From: Eubacteriales bacterium
Lineage (GTDB): Bacteria > Bacillota > Clostridia > Oscillospirales > CAG-272
DNA length: 64,000 nucleotides
Reading direction: 5' to 3'
Assembly: GCA_045120955.1 (NCBI GenBank)
Contig: JBGVFH010000071.1
Span: 25,293-89,292, forward strand
Shown: positions 59,412 to 64,000 of the stretch, piece after piece
How positions within the stretch are numbered: position 1 is the stretch's first letter
Layout: every line of letters starts with the position of its first letter
The notes under the pieces: generated by a model
Seen by the model: the letters and a program-made list of their open reading frames with translations, nothing else
What the model was told of the DNA's origin: nothing
Database searches by the model: none
Position numbers and translations under genes: made by a program

Positions 59412-61442
59412 ATGGACCAAAATAATGAGCGCATGACTTTATCCGAGCAAAAACCTACAGCTCAGGATACTGCAAACGGCGAAAATGAGAAAAACTCCGT
59501 TTCGATATCACCCGAGGGTATGGCCTCAGGAGGGCATGAGACGGACGGCGAACAAGACTGTTACGGTGCTGTTGCGGCATATGAACAAGATACCGAAAAT
59601 ACAAGCTCCGAGCAGAATGTTTCGAAGGATGTCACTGTACCTCCGCAAATTACATATGAGGCGGCTGTTTCAAAGAAAAAGAGGGGATATTTGCGTATTG
59701 CGCTGATAGCGGCGGCACTCGTACTGTTGGCAGGCATTATAAGTGCTGCAGTTTTGATTGTTCCGATAATGGGGAGCGCATCCGCTATTAAAAAAACGTT
59801 CAGTGCGGTCTTTTTCGACCTTGATGTTGCCGACGCTATTGGTAATGCCGCTCAAAAGAGCGGAGCAGAGGTCAAATATGAGATAAATCTGCCAAGCGAA
59901 GCTTGCATAGGAGATTCGAGCTTTTATATTGGATTTGAAAGCTGCACCGCTCCAAAGGACGGAGCAGGCAGTGCAAATCTGACCTTGGAATATGAGCCTG
60001 ACAGCTTTGAGCTTGATTTTTATTATGACGAGGATATATTTGCTGTCGGAGGTCTGTACGAGGACTCGGATAAATACATAAGCATTCCTCGCAAGGATGC
60101 CGTGAGCGCACTTGAGAACTCTGTTTTTCATCCCGACAGCGGCTCTGCTTATGCGCTTGACACAGAGAGCTATGAGCAGCTCGTCAACGCTCTGAAGATG
60201 TACGCATCAGAGCATGACAAGGAGACGAAAAAGGAGCTAAAGGAAATAAATGATGCCTTTGGCGATATACTCAAAGAGTGGAGCAAGCAACTTCGCCCAA
60301 AAACCTCGATATATTTCTCTGAGGACGCCTTTTGCCTCTGCAAAAAGGTGAGCTACAAGCTCACGGAAGACAACATCGGCGACATGATAGATGCTGTTCT
60401 CACACAGACAGAAGAGAGCGAGGTATTTGAGCAATATCTCAATTATATATATATTCTCGGGGAAGAAGAAACAAAAAAGACCGTGACAGAGCTGCTTGAA
60501 GAGCTTGAGGACTCGCTTGATAATTGCGAGCTTGAGCTTTCTTATGTCATAAGCAAAGGCAAGGTGTGTGAGCTTGACTGTGTCATCGACACAAACGGTG
60601 ACACGATCGAGGTCGAGATAGATTTTTTTTACTCAAACAACGGTCAGTGCAGCTTTGACGCTTATATTCTGAACGATCCGGCGTCAGGCAGTGAGACTGA
60701 GACGGAGCTTGAATATCGCAAGAAAACGTATGCATCAAGTACCGATATTGAGATCGACATTGAGCAGATATCATATAGCGGAAAAAGCTCGACTACCAAA
60801 AAATTTGATGTTGAGATCAAATATGACCGAGATAAAAATACATATGAGATCGATTTGGGCAGCATTGATATATGCGGGGATTTCGTTTTGAACGAAAAGG
60901 ACAGAAAATTCCGTTTGTCCGTCGATGTGATCGAAATTTACGGAAGCAACCTGCTGGACTCGCTCAACGGGAAAACCTTTGTTGATATTTCAGTTGAGGG
61001 ATGCAAAGACACCCCCAAGCTTTCTGTGCCTGAAAATGTCGATCTGTTTTCAATGGCGGAGGAGGATGTTCGCTCGTTTGTACGGCAGATCCCGATACAA
61101 GAGCTTGACTGTGTGATGAAAGGGCTGTCTGAGCAAGGCTTGATGATCGAGTTTACGCGTGACGGACAGATCTTTGACGAGACTGAGAAGCATTTGGCTA
61201 AAAAATATCAATACATAGCGCATTATGAACGGTATATTATACAGAAGCAGTCGATGGGCAGAGATTATTCGAAGAAGGTATATATCTATAACGATGAATT
61301 TGATGTATATTATCTGCTTGCCTACTCGTCCAAAACAGGCGAGATAAGTGTCGAGTACGCATATGAGCTTACATCAAAGATAAAGGCGGCGTATAACGAG
61401 GCATTTACCGACAGCGACTACGGACTTATAGTGCGTTCTTAA
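59412..61442 (+). CDS. hypothetical single-pass membrane protein: acidic disordered cytoplasmic N-terminus, one TM, about 560-aa acidic extracytoplasmic domain
   Basis: TM LRIALIAAALVLLAGIISAAVLIVPIM; no recognisable catalytic motif. Confidence 0.5.
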   Translation: MDQNNERMTLSEQKPTAQDTANGENEKNSVSISPEGMASGGHETDGEQDCYGAVAAYEQDTENTSSEQNVSKDVTVPPQITYEAAVSKKKRGYLRIALIAAALVLLAGIISAAVLIVPIMGSASAIKKTFSAVFFDLDVADAIGNAAQKSGAEVKYEINLPSEACIGDSSFYIGFESCTAPKDGAGSANLTLEYEPDSFELDFYYDEDIFAVGGLYEDSDKYISIPRKDAVSALENSVFHPDSGSAYALDTESYEQLVNALKMYASEHDKETKKELKEINDAFGDILKEWSKQLRPKTSIYFSEDAFCLCKKVSYKLTEDNIGDMIDAVLTQTEESEVFEQYLNYIYILGEEETKKTVTELLEELEDSLDNCELELSYVISKGKVCELDCVIDTNGDTIEVEIDFFYSNNGQCSFDAYILNDPASGSETETELEYRKKTYASSTDIEIDIEQISYSGKSSTTKKFDVEIKYDRDKNTYEIDLGSIDICGDFVLNEKDRKFRLSVDVIEIYGSNLLDSLNGKTFVDISVEGCKDTPKLSVPENVDLFSMAEEDVRSFVRQIPIQELDCVMKGLSEQGLMIEFTRDGQIFDETEKHLAKKYQYIAHYERYIIQKQSMGRDYSKKVYIYNDEFDVYYLLAYSSKTGEISVEYAYELTSKIKAAYNEAFTDSDYGLIVRS

Positions 61443-61583
61443 AAACGGTACAGAACATTTATAACGAAAAACCGTATATGAAAGCCGAAATGCTTTCATA
61501 TACGGTTTCCTTTTTGTTGCATAGGAAATTGCAAAGTTACGTCCCGCCGTTTGGTTGAGTTAAAGAAGATCCAAAGATACAAC

Positions 61584-61618
61584 AGGCGGGAGGACGGGTG
61601 CGGGCACTGCCCGCTTTT
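61584..61618 (+). repeat. short intergenic repeat copy 2 (aggcgggagga..gcgggcactgcccgc hairpin plus T-tract)
   Basis: Near-identical to 42223..42256; hairpin followed by ttttgc; lies between convergent genes. Confidence 0.6.
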
Positions 61619-61636
61619 GCACTCAGACGGTAAAGG

Positions 61637-63442
61637 TCATATGTTGCTCGACTGTATTTTGTCCATTTCAGCGTAAATGCCGCCGAGTCGAAGCAGCTGC
61701 TCGTGCGTTCCGCATTCTGCTATCCTGCCGTCGGATATCACAAGAATAAGATCGGCATTGCGTATGGTCGAGAGACGGTGTGCTATTGCAAATATTGTAT
61801 GTTTGCCGCTGATAGCCGAGATAGCTTTTTGTATTTGCTTTTCCGTCTGTACATCGACAGAGGCTGTAGCCTCGTCCAAAATGATTATCGGTGCCTTGCG
61901 AAGGATAGCTCTTGCGATGGCTACACGCTGCTTTTGACCGCCCGAGAGACGAAGACCGCGCTCGCCTACCATAGTGTCATATTTATTCGGCATATTCATA
62001 ATATCGTCGTGTATGTTCGCCGCCTTTGCCGCATCTGTTATCTCCTCGTGCGTTGCATCCGGCTTTGCATATGCGATGTTTTCCTCTATGCTTCCGTTAA
62101 AAAGAAATGTATCCTGCAGTACGGGCGCAATGTTCTTTCTCAGACTTTTCAGACTTGCATCCTTTATGTCTACTCCGTCGATGAGAATTCTGCCCTCTGT
62201 CGGGTCGTAAAAACGTGAGATGAGCTGTGTCAAGGTCGTTTTTCCGACTCCGGTGGGACCTACGAGCGCAACGGTCATGCCTGCATGAGCCTCAAAGGAT
62301 ATGTTTTTGAGTATAGACTCAGACAGAGCGTCTGAGTAGGAAAAGCATACGTTTTCAAATGTTACTTCTCCTTTGACATCGCACAGTTCTACAGGCTCGG
62401 GCTTTTCCTTTATTGAGGTTTCGGTGTCGATTATGCTCATCACACGCTCTGCGCTTGCCATTGCCTGCTGTAGATTTTCAAGCATCGTGGCAAGTCCCGA
62501 TATCGGTGTGTAGAACAAACTGAGATAAAGCACAAAGCTGACAATATCTTCAGCGTTGATGCTCTGCTCATATGCAAGATAACCGCCGAAGCCTACAACG
62601 AGCACCGTTCCGAGGGCGGATATAAATTCGACAAGCGGATGAAAAAGGGCGCTTTTTTTCAGCGCACGCAGTACCATGTCTATGTGAACGCTGCTTTTTT
62701 CGGTTACTATGCCGTACTCGTAGTCCTCTCTGCCAAAAGACTGTATTTCATGAATTCCGGAAAGATTATCCTGCAGCTTTCCACTGAGTTCTCCTTGCTT
62801 GTGCTGTGCTTTTTTAAACATGGGGCGTATCTTAGTCACAAAAATAACGCCCGATATGAGTATGAGTGGTATCGGCGCACAGGTAATGACAGCAAGCTTT
62901 GCGTTAATGCATAGAAGTATTACAAGCACACCGATAAACGTGACCGCATTTGTTACCATGTCGGGAATGATATGAGCGTAAAGAAGCTCAAAGTCCTTTG
63001 TGTCGGTGATTATACGGCTGAGCAGATCACCCGTTTGCTTGTCATGAAAATAAGAAAGGTCAAGCGTCTGGAGCTTGTCATACGTCTTGCATCGAATATC
63101 TCCCACAAGATTGTGTGCCGCTTTGTGTGCAAGGTAATTGCTCAAAAAACGAAAAACAACACGCAAAAGATATAGAGACATAAGAGCAAGCGCAAGCCAT
63201 ACGATCAGGGAAAGTGAGCTGTAGTCAATACCGTCTCCGATTATTCCGGTAGCATACGACAAAACTCTCGGTGCCGCCAAATTTACAGCCGTGAGGCAAA
63301 GCGTGGAGAGTATCGCCAAAATATAATATTTTCTGTATTTTACAGCCTCTCGGCTGAGTCTCAAGATTATTTTCATTTTTACCTCCTGTGGTGTCTGAGA
63401 TTTGCCTCTTTGTATTTTAGCATATAATCCCCGCCTTTTCAA
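61637..63442 (-). CDS. ABC transporter ATP-binding/permease protein (MsbA-like type I exporter)
   Basis: Six-TM domain plus NBD with Walker A (GPTGVGKTT), LSGGQKQR signature, Walker B (ILDEATASVD). Confidence 0.85.
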   Translation of the reverse strand: MKRRGLYAKIQRGKSQTPQEVKMKIILRLSREAVKYRKYYILAILSTLCLTAVNLAAPRVLSYATGIIGDGIDYSSLSLIVWLALALMSLYLLRVVFRFLSNYLAHKAAHNLVGDIRCKTYDKLQTLDLSYFHDKQTGDLLSRIITDTKDFELLYAHIIPDMVTNAVTFIGVLVILLCINAKLAVITCAPIPLILISGVIFVTKIRPMFKKAQHKQGELSGKLQDNLSGIHEIQSFGREDYEYGIVTEKSSVHIDMVLRALKKSALFHPLVEFISALGTVLVVGFGGYLAYEQSINAEDIVSFVLYLSLFYTPISGLATMLENLQQAMASAERVMSIIDTETSIKEKPEPVELCDVKGEVTFENVCFSYSDALSESILKNISFEAHAGMTVALVGPTGVGKTTLTQLISRFYDPTEGRILIDGVDIKDASLKSLRKNIAPVLQDTFLFNGSIEENIAYAKPDATHEEITDAAKAANIHDDIMNMPNKYDTMVGERGLRLSGGQKQRVAIARAILRKAPIIILDEATASVDVQTEKQIQKAISAISGKHTIFAIAHRLSTIRNADLILVISDGRIAECGTHEQLLRLGGIYAEMDKIQSSNI

Positions 63443-63555
63443 TCAATTATCCGAAAAATATACTGCATACGAGTCCTTTTACAGCCGATATTATCTTGAA
63501 TTTTTGCTTAATTTTTGATAAAATCGTGTTATGCACAAGGAAAGGGAAAATACTA

Positions 63556-64000
63556 TGGCAAACAAAGCGCAGATAGACAAATACAACCTGACATTGCTCA
63601 AAAAGCTGAGCATTTTTCTCAATGTCGAACCGAATTATATAAAAGCTGATATGGTAAAGACTGTATGCCGTGAATGTGATATGTCCGAGTCTGAGGCATA
63701 TTCTTTTTTGCTGGCTTCCGCAATTTACCTCGACGTGGCGGAAAACGAGCATGACAGAGAGCTGTTTGAGCTGTATTTTCCTCATATGATACGGCAGCTT
63801 GATGCGGACAAATATTCAAACGACCCGTATATGAAGAAAATAAAAGTTCCCATTCTGCAAGACGGCGCATGGGAGCTGTGCGAGCGCAAATATGAGCCTT
63901 ATGAGGCTTTTGCCTGCGATGACCTGAAATATTTTACCGACGGCAGAGTTGCGGCGCAGATAGGCTTTTTTAACAAAGAATACAGATATCCGTGCGTATG
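63556..64000 (+). CDS. hypothetical protein, N-terminal fragment (runs off the window end)
   Basis: ATG at 63556 with an open frame to the window edge; not in the ORF track because no stop falls inside the window. Confidence 0.35.

Noticed and set aside
63447-63785. 112-aa minus-strand ORF
   Set aside because: It overlaps the promoter region and the start of the plus-strand gene at 63556 and has no motifs. It is likely spurious.
1-64000. Search for tRNA/rRNA genes, CRISPR arrays, integrases and transposases
   Set aside because: I found no cloverleaf-compatible GTTCGAATC-type T-arm contexts, no regularly spaced direct repeats and no recombinase motifs. No such features are called.

Overview
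The window appears to come from a Firmicutes/Clostridia-type chromosome with roughly 50% GC, possibly Oscillospiraceae/Ruminococcaceae-like (the taxonomic guess is weak). Most of it is conserved housekeeping sequence. From 1 to 35 kb I find: the aspS 3' end, truB, pgeF, maa, pckG, an M23 peptidase, the conserved nusB–xseA–xseB–ispA–tlyA–nadK–argR–recN block, murB, whiA, dnaE, a class A PBP, nadE, a CapA-family lipoprotein, plsX, the str operon (rpsL-rpsG-fusA-tuf), and an FMN riboswitch in front of an ECF riboflavin S-component. The last third of the window holds the following. On the minus strand: malQ with a sugar ABC importer, a two-component system next to an HtrA protease, ruvX and queA. 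On the plus strand: a CzrA-like ArsR regulator, an HMA protein and a CPx P1B-ATPase forming a metal-efflux module, a split transketolase and luxS. dapA, also on the plus strand, carries an in-frame TGA stop. A minus-strand MsbA-like ABC exporter closes this part.

The least ordinary stretch is about 35.3–42.2 kb. It starts with a consensus promoter that has an embedded palindrome. Genes follow for a DUF1836-like HTH protein, an NfeD-like protein, an extra 4-TM protein and a flotillin. After these comes a lower-GC cluster of small membrane and zinc-ribbon proteins of unknown function. That cluster begins with non-ATG start codons, has homopolymer-associated frame breaks, and contains a 131-nt near-identical direct repeat. 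The repeat places the same ~47-aa C-terminal module on two unrelated proteins, with only synonymous substitutions inside it. This is the best candidate here for an undescribed system.

I see no tRNA or rRNA genes, no CRISPR array, and no integrase or transposase.
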